Positions 25,244 to 37,953 of a stretch of 51,618 nucleotides of DNA are shown piece after piece (position 1 is the first letter of the stretch; each line of letters starts with the position of its first letter). Under the pieces are notes generated by a model. It was given only the letters and a program-made list of their open reading frames with translations, did no database searches and was not told the origin of the DNA. The stretch lies in NCBI RefSeq assembly GCF_006345805.1, contig NW_021833991.1:1-51618 (forward strand). The letters are read 5' to 3'. A program made the translations under genes and the position numbers. The stretch comes from Octopus sinensis (Eukaryota).

Positions 25244-25766
25244 ATGCCCTGATGCACTTAATTGATTGGAAGTGTTATCATGTACATTGGTATAAAAGAT
25301 GGGCTACAGCAAATATTCTGCTCAATACCACAGATTTGCTTGTCAGTTGTTTGACCTTAACCAGTTGAGCATGTCCCTTAGTGGCTGACGATATGTGCAT
25401 CTCTGATCATGAGCAGAAGTAGTGGGGGAGCATCATAGCCATGTGTTGAGAGGGATTCTTTGGGGTTTGGATTATTCACCTTTGGAAACATGGATGTTTC
25501 GTTCAACATCCTTAAATAACCCTTATTCAGGGACCTTTTGAGCAGGATGGGCGGATGGGTTACTCAACCTGAAGAAAATTCTAACTGGGCCCCACCTGCA
25601 AGGTCATGTGCTGTTTATCTTGATATGAGATCACCATGTCGCACCCATAAGGTTGTGATGCATGTGCCTGGTGTACCCTTATCAGATGGGTAGTCATGAT
25701 GGGTATATTGGGCTTCATATATTTTACCCCAGTGTCACTTTGATGGCATGAACTGCTCTCTCACTC
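25244..25766. mobile_element. (TAA)n-flanked non-coding interspersed repeat, about 520 bp
   Basis: Shares the right end CTGCTCTCTCACTC(AAT)n with 23204-23534. No ORF, TIR or pol III boxes seen. Confidence 0.75.
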
Positions 25767-26309
25767 AATAATAATAATAATAATAACAACAATAATAATA
25801 ATAATTTCTACAAAAGGCACAAGGCCTGAAATTTTGGGGCAGGGGGTAAGTCAATTACATCGACCCCAGTGTTTCACTGGTACTTAATTTATCGATCCTG
25901 AAAGGACAAAAGGCAAAGTCGGCCTAGGAAGAATTTGAACTCACAACGTGCAGACAGACGAAATACTGCAAAGCATTTTGTCTGGTGTGCTAATGATTCT
26001 GCCAGCACACTGCCTTAAATTACCATCAAACTATTGGCTGTTAGACACACAGACATCAAAGCCAACAAGAGAATTCACTATGCGTTTGTGTGTGTCTATG
26101 TACATACATATGTATATATTTTTCAAAACGCATGTATATATATATGTACACATCTTTCTGTCTTCATTCCTGATCTTTGTACTTCCTCTACAGCAAGACA
26201 CCTGTATCTGTTTCACTATAACCTTTTCATCATCCAACGGCAGATCACCTCCCCCAATGCCCCATCCCCTCTTGAAAGGTTTCATCTTGCAAGTACTTGG
26301 TGACCATGT

Positions 26310-26890
26310 TAGTGCAGGCGCCACTTAAAAACACCCAGTCCACACTGTAAAGTGGTTGGTGTTCGGAAGGGCATCCAACTGTAAAAACCTTGCCAAAACT
26401 CACCTCACCTCAAAAAAAGCACTAAGTTCAACTCTGATGAGTTGTTGGTGTTCGGAAGGGCATACAGCTGTAAAAACCTTGCCAAAACTGACCTCACCTG
26501 TGTTTGTGCCTCAAAAAAAGCTCTAAGTTCACTCTGACGAGTGGTTGGTGTTCAGAAGGGCATCCAACTGTAAAAACCTTGCTAAAACTGACCTCACCTG
26601 TGCTTGTGCCTCAAAAAAAAGCACTAAGTTCACTCTGACGAGTGGTTGGTGTTCAGAAGGGCATCCAACTGTAAAAACCTTGCTAAAACTGACCTCACCT
26701 GTGCTTGTGCCTCAAAAAAAGCACTAAGTCCACTCTGCTGAGTGGTTGGTGTTAGGAAGGGCATACAGCGGCAAAAATCCTGCTAAAACAGTCACAGAAG
26801 TCTGTTGCAGGCTTTTGCCTGGCCAGCTCTTATGAAACCATCCTACCTATGCTAGCATGGAAGGCAGACATTAAACGATGATGATGATGT
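26310..26890 (+). mobile_element. RTE 3' UTR variant with five tandem copies of a 90-101-bp segment
   Basis: GTTGGTGTT...GAAGGGCAT repeats at about 26354, 26444, 26543, 26644 and 26744; (GAT)n tail. Confidence 0.7.
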
Positions 26891-27011
26891 ATATAAATGT
26901 ATACTGGCATCATATTTATCTCTGTTAACCAAGCTAACATCAACTGGATAGGTCATTCTGCTTTTATTCCTAGTTTCTGCCCCCCTTTCCATGGGTCACT
27001 GTCCATATCTC

Positions 27012-27617
27012 ACTCATGTGAGATATGGACATGTGAGATATGTGAGGCGGTTGGATGGAACCTACACTCGCCTCCTTATGAGAGCTCAAAATCTCTTGTG
27101 GAAGTGTCATCCAACCAAAATGCAAATATATGGGAAACTACCACCTGTATCATCTCTTGTGAAAGGTAGAAGAGTCCAGTTTGCTGGACATTGTTGTAGA
27201 GCTGAAAAAGAAGCAATTTCTACTCTTCTCCTCTGGAAGCCATCTGCTCGCGATACCAGAGGGTGCACACTCTCCTACACTGATGTAATCTCCAAGGATA
27301 CTGGCATCCAGCAACAGAACTTCCGTAATGCCATGATGGACCGTGAAGTCTGGCGTAGCATGGTAAATTCCATTGTCTCGACAAGAAGAGTCCAGTTTCC
27401 TGGACATTGTTGTAGAGCTGAAAACGAGGCAATTTCTACTCTTCTCCTCTGGAAGCCATCTGCTCGCAATACCAGAGGGAGCACACTCTCCTACTCTGAT
27501 GTATTCTCCAGGGATACAGGCATTCAGCAACAGGACCTCCGTAATGCTATGATGGACCGTGAAGTCTGATGTAGTATGGTAAATTCCATTGTCTCAACCA
27601 CAGTCGAATGATGATGA
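27012..27617 (+). mobile_element. RTE-like LINE 3' fragment with a 216-bp in-frame tandem duplication
   Basis: Reads RRLDGTYTRLLMRAQNL.WK.HPT...RRVQFAGHC.RAE...LLWKP...AMMDREVWR. Duplicated units begin at 27168 and 27384. (TGA)n tail. Confidence 0.8.
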
Positions 27618-27689
27618 TTATCTCACTCATGCATTCCAGTTTTGGCATGGATTCTATAGCAGAAAGATCTTCCTAGAACATAGACATAA

Positions 27690-28084
27690 GCGCAGGAGTG
27701 GCTGTGTGATAAGTAGCTTGCTAACCAGCCACATGGTTCCGGGTTCAGTCCCACTGCGTGGCATCTTAGGCAAGTGTCTTCTGCTATAGCCCTGGGCCGA
27801 CCAATGCCTTGTGAGTGGATTTGGTAGACGGAAACTGAAAGAAGCCCGTCATATATATGTATATATATATGTGTGTGTGTGTTTGTCCCCCTAGCATTGC
27901 TTGACAACCGATGCTGGTGTGTTTACGTCCCCGTCACTTAGCGGTTCGGCAAAAAAGAGACCGATAGGATAAGTACTGGGCTTACAAAAGAATAAGTCCC
28001 GGGGTCGATTTGCTCGACTAAAAGGCGGTGCTCCAGCATGGCCGCAGTCAAATGACTGAAACAAGTAAAAGAGTAAAAAAGAGT
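27690..28084 (+). mobile_element. SINE S1, full length
   Basis: Colinear with 4840-5238. Confidence 0.85.
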
Positions 28085-28299
28085 GAAATATCACACACAC
28101 ACACACACACACACACACCATATATGTCTATATGTGTGTGTAAATATATGTGTGTGTGTGTAAGGACATACTCACACAAGCATATTCCACTTTTACAGAA
28201 AAGTGGGAGATAGGTAAAAGTATCACATCTGAAATGTGCCATAAAAGGAAGGGTAGGAATCTATTGCCACCACTACTACTAACACCACCGTTACTACAA

Positions 28300-28362
28300 C
28301 AGGTGCTACTTCTACTACTACTACTGCTGCTGCTGCTGCCAATAATAGTAGTCATAACTGTT

Positions 28363-28393
<31 letters not shown>

Positions 28394-28498
28394 CGAACAA
28401 CAACAATAATGATGATGGTGGTGATGATGATGGTGGTGGTGATGATGATGATGGTGATGATGAGGATGATGATGATGATGATGATGATGATGTGGTGG

Positions 28499-28529
<31 letters not shown>

Positions 28530-28534
28530 GATGA

Positions 28535-28566
<32 letters not shown>

Positions 28567-28654
28567 ATGATGATGATGATGATGATGATATGATGATGAT
28601 GATGATGGTGGTGGTGTGATGATGATGATATGATGATGATGATGATGGTGGTGG

Positions 28655-28704
<50 letters not shown>

Positions 28705-28732
28705 ATGATGATGGTGGTGGTGATGATGAGGA

Positions 28733-28764
<32 letters not shown>

Positions 28765-28935
28765 ATGATGATGATGATGATGATGATGATGGTGGTGGTG
28801 ATGATGATGATGATGGTGATGATGAGGATGATGATGATGGTGGTGGTGACGATGATGATGATGGTGATGATGAGGATGATGATGATGGTGGTGGTGACGA
28901 TGATGATGATGGTGATGATGAGGATGATGATGATG

Positions 28936-28969
<34 letters not shown>

Positions 28970-29014
28970 CGATTTCTTTTATTCTCCACCAGGGCAAAGG
29001 ATGAGGGGGAACAG

Positions 29015-29074
<60 letters not shown>

Positions 29075-29075
29075 G
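28300..29075. repeat. Compound (TAA)n / (GAT/GGT)n microsatellite
   Basis: Directly visible. Confidence 0.92.
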
Positions 29076-29409
29076 ATTCTAGTCTATGTAGTTGGTGCAT
29101 GGAACACATAATTATTGATTGTTTTTTGACGTAAAGCATTGGTACCGAGAGAAGGTGTGAGCGTACGAGGGAGGGCGGGAGGCAGGGAGGGGGGAGCAGT
29201 AAACGTTTGCTCCACACAAGCTGCTGTATGCGGTTGGTTGATGGCAAAGGTCTTTGATATTCCAAAGAAATTATGACACCAGACTGGAACTCGGTAAACG
29301 TTTACTATGTTAATAGAACAGGTAGAAAGCAGTAAAATGTAAACGGACTTCTATCAGTATTCTGTGGTGGGATCAATCGAACTACTGTTACTCTCTCTCT
29401 CTCTCTCTC

Positions 29410-29620
29410 TCTTTTACTTGTTTCAGTCATTTGACTGCGGCCATGCTGGAGCACCGCCTTTTTAATCGAGCAACTCGACCCCGGGACTTATTATTCTTTT
29501 GTAAGCTCAGTACTTATTCTATCTGTCTCTTTTGCCGACTGAACCGCTAAGTAACGGGGACATAAACATACCAGCATCGGTTGTCAAGCAATGCTAGGGA
29601 AACAAACACAAACACACATG

Positions 29621-29666
<46 letters not shown>

Positions 29667-29975
29667 TATATACGACAGGCTTCTTTCAGTTTCCGTCTAC
29701 CAAATTTACTCGCAAGGTTTTGGTCGGCCCGAGGCTATAGTAGAATACACTTCCCCAAGATCCCATGCAGTGGGACTGAACCCAGAACCATGTGGTTGGG
29801 AAGCAAGCTTCATATATACAGCAGGCTTCTTTAAGTTTCCATCTGCCAAATCCACTCACAAGGTTTTGGTCGGCCCGAAGCTATAGTAGAAGACACTTGC
29901 CCAACATGCCACGCAGTGGGCCTGAACCCAGAACCATGTGGTTGGTAAGCAAGCTACTTACTACACAGCCACTCC
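29410..29975 (-). mobile_element. SINE S1 with partial duplication of its 5' half
   Basis: Reverse-complement match to S1; head segment occurs twice. Confidence 0.75.
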
Positions 29976-30360
29976 ACTGTTCTTTGAATTAGCATATAAG
30001 TGGCTGAGTATCTCATGAACATCCTTTTAATACCAGCCTGTCTGAAACTGCTCGTGATTCTATGACACATTCTGTTTTAAAATAAACTAAGTTAAATCTT
30101 CCATCAAAATTCCATGTTAGATTACGTCCCCAAAACCAGCTTAATGATGACGAAGTTATTTTAGTAAATTCTTTATTATTCTTTGAAGATGAATTGAAAC
30201 AAGGGCAGTGTATTTCAACAGATATATGGTAACAAAAGGGTTAAAGTGATCTAAATTAAAACCTTCCATCAAAATTTCAAGTCAATTTGTAATCCCAAAA
30301 TCAGCTTATTAAGGACAGGTATTTTGATAGTTCCCTTGCTAATTTATATACACCCATTTT

Positions 30361-30865
30361 TTAACCATATTTCTGTTGAGATGCTCTGTGTTTCTTTCAA
30401 TTAAGTTTAAATATAATAAAGAATTTAGTAAAATAACTTAGTTACCATTAAGCTAGTGTTAGGAACATAAATTGTGACTAAGGTTTGGTGGAAGATTTTA
30501 ATTCAAAACTTTTGAAAACCAGACGTTTGTACTAGAGAGCCAGAGCTGGTTTCAGTCAGGTTGGTATCAAAAGGATTAAGAATTGTTTCTCTATTATATA
30601 TATTTTAACCTTTTTGTTACCATATTTCTATTGAGATGTTCTGTGTTTCTTTCAATTACTTTAAATATAACAAAGAATTTAGTAAATTAACTTAGTTACC
30701 ATTAAGCTAGTGTTAGGAACATAAATTGTGACTAAGGTTTGGTGGAAGATTTTAATTCAAAACTTATGAAACCAAGACATTTGTACTCAGAGCCAAAGAT
30801 GGTTTCAGCCAGGTTGGTATCAAAAGGGTTAAGAATTGTTTCTCCATTATATATATTTTAACCCT
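30361..30865 (+). mobile_element. piggyBac-type MITE multimer (family P1)
   Basis: About 225-bp units bounded by TTAA-CCCTTT...AAAGGG-TTAA and separated by spacer GAATTGTTTCTCTATTATATATAT. Confidence 0.75.
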
Positions 30866-30994
30866 AAGATGCTAGGATTGCAAAGCAAACTTCTTCACCA
30901 TTTACCACTTATTGGGTTGGTGCATAATTATTGCAGCTTTTTTTCAATCAATTTTATTCAACAAAAACAATAACAATATTTAACAAAAACATCT

Positions 30995-31222
30995 TTAACC
31001 CTTTAGTGTTCGGATTACTCTGTTAAATGTAATATTTTTTTACTCAAATTCTTTTTAATTAATCCTGCATTATCTTATAGCTTTTGAGGTTCAGTGATGT
31101 GATTGCTTATTTTTAGAATGTCAGTGTAGGTTAGGTGTGAGAGGCTAGATATCACCAGTTTGAATATAAAACATATAGAATATTTGGGCCGGATATGGCC
31201 GGTTTAAACACTAAAGGGTTAA
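30995..31222 (+). mobile_element. piggyBac-type MITE family P2
   Basis: TTAA TSD and TIR CCCTTTAGTGTT...AACACTAAAGGG. A decayed partial copy lies at about 12320-12510. Confidence 0.75.
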
Positions 31223-32242
31223 ACGGCGGTCTGACCGTCTGCCAAGCAAATGGGAAACAGTAATTGAAGTGGATGGTGAATATGCTCCGGAATAATCCTT
31301 TAAAGATGTTTTTGTTACATGTTGTTATTGTTTTTGTTGTATAAAAGCCATGCATGCATACATACATGTATGTGTGTGTGTGTGTGTGTGTGTGCACGTG
31401 CTTGTGTTAGTTTCTCAACAGTTGACAGCCAGTGTTGTCGACAAGTCTTGTCCAATCCATAAACATCATCATCATCATCGTTTAACGTCCGTTTTCCGTG
31501 CTAGCACAGGTTGGATGGTTCAACCGGGGTCTGGGAAGCCAGGGGCTGCACCAGGCCCAGTCTGATCTGGCAGTGGTTCTACAGCTGGATGCCCTTCCTA
31601 ACACCAACCACTCCGTGAGTGTAGTATAAAGCAGTTGTAAAAATATACAATAATGATTTTGACGATGATGATGATGATGGTGGTGGTGGTTTTTAGTTTT
31701 TGTCATTATAGACAAAAATAGAAGCCTTCAACCATGTTAAAGTCACTATATATGAAATTCTTCATTCATTGAAGATATTTGCTTCTGTAACAATTCCAGT
31801 ACATGAAGAGCAGAAAATCTGTTGCTAAGGAAAAGACTATAAGGGAAAAAACAACAAAGAAACCCGCAGATAATCGTTTAAGTAGAGATTATACCGGAAA
31901 TCCACCATCGTCTGACATAAAGACGTCTAAATACAAATATTAATTTAAATTTAGCTCTGCTAATTGATGAGATTTTAACGTAAGAGAGAGAATGAAAAGC
32001 AGAAATTTCAAAGAGAAATTGTGCCAGTCAGTTTGCTGTTCTCGTCTGTCTAAAACAGGTTCTGAAAATATCAACATTCAAATGGATTTGTTGCAAAATA
32101 GTTTTGTCTCTGTGGATAGTAAGATATCCAGTGTTTGAAATAATTCTCACCCTGCTTTCTAAAAAAAGTTACTAAATGCTTTTAAAAGCATTGGTTGTGA
32201 CAGAAGCAACATTGGTTTAAAACAGTATTTTTTATATTTTAT

Positions 32243-32731
32243 TTAACCATTTCGTTACCAACCTGGCTGAAACCACCTTTGGCTCTGAGTACAAATGTCT
32301 TATTTTCAAAAGTTTTGCATTAAAATCTTCCACCAAACTTTAGTCACAATTTATGTTCCTAACACTAGCTTAATGATAACTAAGTTATTTTACTAAATTC
32401 TTTGTTATATATAAAATTAATTGAAAGAAACACAGAGCATCTCAACAGAAATATGGTAACAAAAGGGTTAAAATATAATATAATATAATAGAGAAACAAT
32501 TCTTAACCCTTTTGATACCAACCTGGCTGAAACCACTTTTGGCTCTGAGTACAAATGTCTTGTTTTCATAAGTTTTGAATTAGAATCTTCCACCAAACCT
32601 TAGTCACAATTTATGTTCCTAACACTAGCTTATTGATAACAAAGTTATTTTACTAAATTCTTTGTTATATTTAAAATTAATTGAAAGAAACACAGAGCAT
32701 CTCAACAGAAATCCAGTAACGAAAGGGTTAA
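32243..32731 (-). mobile_element. piggyBac-type MITE dimer (P1)
   Basis: TTAA at 32243, 32468, 32503 and 32728; same spacer with a longer AT run. Confidence 0.78.
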
Positions 32732-32905
32732 AGTGAATATACTTTGGAAAGTCACGACACAGTAATCATCTAGAAGAGGGGGTTTTCAACCATTTTTTAT
32801 TTATGGGCCCCTTTAGTTTCTGGTGGACCCCATAACCATTTGATATTTAAAAATTCCTATTTTGTTTTCCCCCATTAACTTGTGTAGGTTGAACAATGTA
32901 AAATG

Positions 32906-33132
32906 TTAACCCTTTAGTATTTAAACCGGCCATAACCGGCTAAAATATTTAATGTGTTTTATGTTCAAACTGACCAGATCCAGGCTCTCACACCTACCCT
33001 ACAATGTTATTCTACATTAAGTAATTACACCATCAAGATCTTGAAGATATGAGAAAATGCATGATTAATTCAAATCAATGGGAATCAATAGGCATTATGT
33101 TTGATTGAATAATCTGAACACTAAAGGGTTAA
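32906..33132 (-). mobile_element. P2 MITE nested in a decayed hAT-like MITE (about 32777-33309)
   Basis: TTAA TSDs and P2 TIRs. The host element ends GTTGAGAACCACTG, a hAT-like terminus. Confidence 0.65.
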
Positions 33133-33444
33133 AGAAAGAAACCCAGCTGTTTCTTGCAATACATACCAATAGATACATCTGAAGCAAAACCTTTTTCTGG
33201 GGCCCTTAAGATACTATTGTGGATCCCCAATTTACTATTTTGTTGTGTGGACCCCACAAAATCTTATATGGACCCTCTGGAGCCATACAGACCCCAGTTG
33301 AGAACCACTGAACGAGAGAAAGCATCTTGTATGGACATGTAGTGTTAAAAATCACAGGAAATATATCAGTAGCCGAGAGAGACAGCGTTGAACAACAATG
33401 GTGGAATTGCTAAATTTAGATTCCTGCCTCTTTCAGCATCATTC

Positions 33445-33845
33445 TTATTTCTTTATTGCCCATGGAGGGGCTAAACATAGAGGGGACAAACAAGGACAGA
33501 CAAAGGGATTAAGTCGATTACATCGACCCCAGTGCGTAACTGTTACATAATTTATCGACCCCGAAAGGATGAAAGGCAAAGTTGACCTTGGCGGAATTTG
33601 AACTCAGAACATAACAGCAGACGAAATACCTATTTCTTTATTACCCACAAGGGGCTAAACATAGAGAGGACAAACAAAGGTATTAAGTCGATTACATCGA
33701 CCCCAGTGCGTAACTGGTACTTAATTTATCGACCCCGAAAGGATGAAAGGCTAAGTTGACCTCGGCGGAATTTGAACTCAGAACGTAACAGCAGACGAAA
33801 TACTGCTAAGCATTTCGCCCGGTGTGCTAACGTTTCTGCCGCCTT
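33445..33845 (-). mobile_element. SINE S2 dimer with the same junction as 14285-15049
   Basis: Junction GAAATACC|TATTTC at 33630/31. Confidence 0.85.
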
Positions 33846-34502
33846 CATCTTTCAGCATCACTAAGTAACAAGTATGCTGAAAGAGGCGGAAATCTAAATT
33901 TAGCAATTCCCACCATTGTTGTTCGAAGTATTCCACCTTAGCCCAGCTTAGTAATCCTTTCCACTGGAAGCACACGGCCTCAGATTTGGGGGAAAGGTTC
34001 AAGTCAATTACATCAACCCCAGCACGTAACTGGTACTTATTTAATCGATCCTGAAAGGATGAGAGGCAAAGTCAACCTCGGCAGAATTTGAACTCAGAAC
34101 ATGAAGACGAACGAAATACCGCAAAGCATTGTGCCCATCGTGCTAAGCCCATCACCCTTACCACATCTGCCAGCTTGCCACCCTTACCCCAACTTAATAA
34201 TGACAAAATTATTGTTCTAAATTCTTCCTTATTCTCAAAATAATTGAAAGAAAAGCAGGGTATTTCTATAGGAATTCGGTAATAAATGGTTTGAAATGCA
34301 TGATTTGCAGCAAGAGTTCCTAACCTATTTCGCATTGTGGACCAGTTCTATGCAAGACAATTTTTCTAAGCAAACAGCAAAACAATTTAAATGCACCATA
34401 TGTAATTTAATTATAAAAGGCTACCTTGGCTTACAACAGTAATTAGTTCTGAAACACATCACTTAACACAAAAATAATCATTATAAAAAATTTATTAGCT
34501 TA

Positions 34503-35015
34503 CATCATCATCATTGTTTAAAGTCCGTTTTCCATGCTGGCATGGGTTGGACAGTTTGTCAGGAGCTGGGAAGGCCAGGAGCCACACCAGGCCACATTGT
34601 CTGTTCTGGCATGGCTTTTACAGTTGGATGCCCTTTCTAACATCAACCACTCTGCAGAGTGTACTGGGTGCTTTTTATATGGCACTGGCACCTTAACCAC
34701 TGCTTTTTACGTGGCACCAACACCAGTCAAGAAAGGTCGTTGCTAGTGCCACTGGACTGGCTCCTGTGCAGGTGGCACATAAAAAGCACCATTTGAGCGT
34801 GGCCGTTGCTAGTACCACCAAACTGGCCCTCGTGCCAGTGGCACGTAAAAGCACCTACTACACTTGTGGAGTGGTTGGCATTAGGAAGGGCATCCAGCTG
34901 TAGAGACCCTGCCAGATCAGATTGGAGTCTGGTTTGCCAGACCTCAGTCAAATCGTCCAACCCATGCTAGCATGGAAAGCGGACGTTAAACGAGGATGAT
35001 GATGATGATGATGAT
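34503..35015. mobile_element. Two divergently oriented RTE 3' UTR fragments
   Basis: Minus copy about 34503-34700 and plus copy about 34725-35015, each with its tail. Confidence 0.7.
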
Positions 35016-35112
35016 GTAATGGGGCAATCATGAACACCCGCATGTGGCTGAAGCTGGGCACAGTGATTAAATAACAACTGAGTGAACTGTCAGTGGGGTA
35101 GTTGACGGGTGT

Positions 35113-35498
35113 GGAGGCGCAATGGCCCAGTGGTTAGGGCAGCGGACTCGCGGTCGTAGGATCGCGGTTTCGATTCCCAGACTGGGCGTTGTGAGTGTTT
35201 ATTGAGCGAAAACACCTAAAAAGCTCCACGAGGCTCCGGCAGGGGATGGTGGTGATCCCTGCTGTACTCTTTCACCACAACTTTCTCTCACTCTTACTTC
35301 CTGTTTCTGTTGTACCTGTATTTCAAAGGGCCGGCCTTGTCACTCTCTGTGTCACGCTGAATATCCCAGAGAACTACGTTAAGGGTGCACGTGTCTGTGG
35401 AGTGCTCAGCCACTTACACGTTAATTTCACGAGCAGGCTGTTCCGTTGATTCGGATCAACCGGAACCCTCGTCGTCGTAACCGACGGAGTGCTTCCAG
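35113..35498 (+). mobile_element. tRNA-derived SINE family S3, full length with 13-bp TSD
   Basis: A-box TGGCCCAGTGG and B-box GGTTTCGATTCC. TSD agttgacgggtgt at 35100-35112 and 35499-35511. A 3'-truncated minus-strand copy lies at about 9705-10011. Confidence 0.85.
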
Positions 35499-35816
35499 AG
35501 TTGACGGGTGTTAGTTTGATGTGTGCTGGTTTAACAGGGTAGATGAAGACAGAATACTGAGTATTGCATCTATATTCGTGTAGTACGGAGTGCATTCTAA
35601 GTTAACATATGTCATTCTGCAATAAGTTACTTCAGATACCCACAACCAACTATTTATTTGTGTAATGCTATTTTACACCAGCCGTGTATACCCTAGTCAC
35701 AACAGGCTCTAGCACCACAGCTTTTCTTGTGCCACCAGCACCAGTGCTTTTATGTGGCACCACACAGGTGCTTTTGCGGAACCACATGAGCATTTTTATG
35801 TGGCGCCACATGGGCA

Positions 35817-35852
<36 letters not shown>

Positions 35853-35854
35853 CG

Positions 35855-36640
35855 AAATCGAAATCGAATTGAACCAGCCAGGATCCCTGGTCTGGTGGTA
35901 CGTAAAAAGCACTATCCGACTCGTGGCCGATGCCAGCACCGCCTCGACTGGCTTCCGTGCCGGTGGCACATAAAATACACCAATCTGACCGTGGCCGTTG
36001 CCAGCCCCGCCTGGCACCTGTGCAGGTGGCACGTAAAAAGCACCCACTACACTCACGGAGTGGTTGGCGTTAGGAAGGGCATCCAGCTGTAGAAACATTG
36101 CCAAATTAGACTGGAGCCTGGTGCAGCCTTCTGGCTTCCCAGAACCCCGGTCGAACCGTCCAACCCATGCTAGCATGGAGAACGGACGTTAAACGACGAT
36201 GATGATGATGATGATATATATATTGTCCTTTTTGGGACACAAAACTCTGCATGCGAAGACCTGTTGAGGCAAGTGAAATCAAAACCGATCAAAAATCAAT
36301 GGAAATTGTAGTTGTGATACAGTGCCGGTGGCATGTAAAAAGCACCAACCGATCGTGGCCGTTTGCCAGCACTGCCTCGACTGGCCTCTGTGCCAGTGGC
36401 ATGTAAAAAACACCAACCGATCGTGGCCATTGCCAGCCTCGCCTGGCACCTGTGCCGGTGGCAAGTAAAAAGCACCCACTAAACTCACGGAGTGGTTGGC
36501 GTTAGGAAGGGCATCCAGCTGTAGAAACATTGCCAGATCAGACTGGGCCTAGTGCAGCCTCCTGGCTTCCCAGACCCCAGTTGAACCGTCCAACCCATGC
36601 TAGAATGGAAAGTGGATGTTAAACGATGATGATGATGATG
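35855..36640 (+). mobile_element. Two tandem RTE 3' UTR fragments
   Basis: Copies at about 35855-36215 and 36255-36640, each ending in (GAT)n. Confidence 0.7.
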
Positions 36641-36988
36641 GTATCTGAGTGCTGTGTGTGCCTCTGAGTGCCTGTGTATTTGCAGGTACTTCTGACTGCG
36701 TGTGTATGTGTTTATGTACACGTATTTCTACTATTAAATCTAATTACCTTTTGGCTATACACCTGTACTGGCTTTCTCATTGATAATGCTGTTCCCTGTC
36801 AATGTACAAATGTAATTCTTTCTCCCCAAATAAATTGCACTTGATGTCCAAGGCTCTGATGAAGCTAAAAGCTGTTATTCAAGCACTCAACTATAAGTTC
36901 ACTGCATCTTACAGCAGAAACATCTGTAAGCCAATGAAATTCACAAGATAATCATTTATTCCTTTGCCATCTCATATATATATATATA

Positions 36989-37953
36989 TCATTATCCTCA
37001 TCATCATCGTTTAACGTCCGCCTTCCATGCTGGCATGGGTCAGATGGTTTGACTGAGGACTGGCAAGCCAGGAGGCTGCACCAGGTACCAATCTGATCTG
37101 GCAAGGTTTCTTCAGCTGGATGCCCTTCCTAATGCCAACCACTCTGAGAGTGAAATGGGTGCTTTTTAGGTGCTACCAGCCTGGGAGCCAGTCAGGCAGC
37201 ACTGGCATTGACCATGCTGAAATGGTGCTTTTTACATGCCACTGGCGTGGGGAGCCAGTCAGGCGGCATTGGTATTGGCCATGACTAAGATTTCACTTGA
37301 CTCAACAGGTTTTCTCAAATGCAGTTAATTGCCCAACGATTAAAAAGTATTTTTAAATGGGCCAATTATGCAACACTGGCATCAGCCACAGCTACAATCT
37401 CACCCGGTTTGCCAGGTCTTCTCAAGCGCAGTATATCTCCAAAGGTCTCGGTTGCTTGTCATTGCCTCTGTGAGGCCCAACATCCAAAGGTTGTGCTTCC
37501 CCCCCTCATCCTAGGTCTACCTCTTCCATAGGTTCCCTCCACTGATAGGGTGTGACATTTCTTCACACAGTTGTCCTCTTCCATCCACAACCCATGACCA
37601 TACCAGTGCAGTCATCTTTCTTGCACGCCACATCCAATGCTTCTTATGTCCAACTTTTCTCTCAGGGCACCTACACTCTGTCATGTGTGCACACTGACAT
37701 TACATATCCAGCGGATCATACTAACTGCATTTCTTTCAAGCCTATACATGGCCTCATCATTCACAGCGCATGTTTCACTGCCATGTAGCATGGCTGTTCA
37801 CACACATGCATCATACAATCTACCTTTCACTCTGAGCAAGAGGCCCTTTGTTACCAGCAGAGGTAAGAGCTCTCTGAACTTTGCCCAGGCTATTCTTATT
37901 TCAGCAGCTACGCTCTCAGAGCATCCACCTCTGCTATTGACTTGCTCACTTAG
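36989..37953 (-). mobile_element. 5'-truncated RTE LINE: ORF end plus long 3' UTR with (GAT)n tail
   Basis: Decayed ORF IRIAWAKFRELLPLL...KGRLYDACV.TAMLHGSET...RRLHWYGH runs into the GGTTGGCRTTAGGAAGGGCATCC-containing UTR ending GGACGTTAAACGATGATG. Confidence 0.8.

Noticed and set aside
28128-29265. Long ORFs of 289 and 314 aa, and similar ORFs at 17-18, 22-25, 43.6-44 and 47.5-48 kb
   Set aside because: They are translations of microsatellites (poly-I/H/T, YI, YLSI) with no domain content.
30911-30945. Mariner-like TIR (similar pieces near 24924 and 49128)
   Set aside because: Isolated single ends with no matching TIR or transposase, too little to call an element.
31803-32138. Two same-frame short ORFs both starting MKSR in a non-repetitive island
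   Set aside because: Only 46 and 48 aa, separated by three stops, with no recognisable homology or donor site. Probably chance.
35113-35190. tRNA-like sequence
   Set aside because: It is the head of SINE S3: it continues into a 385-bp body with a TSD and has no proper acceptor stem.
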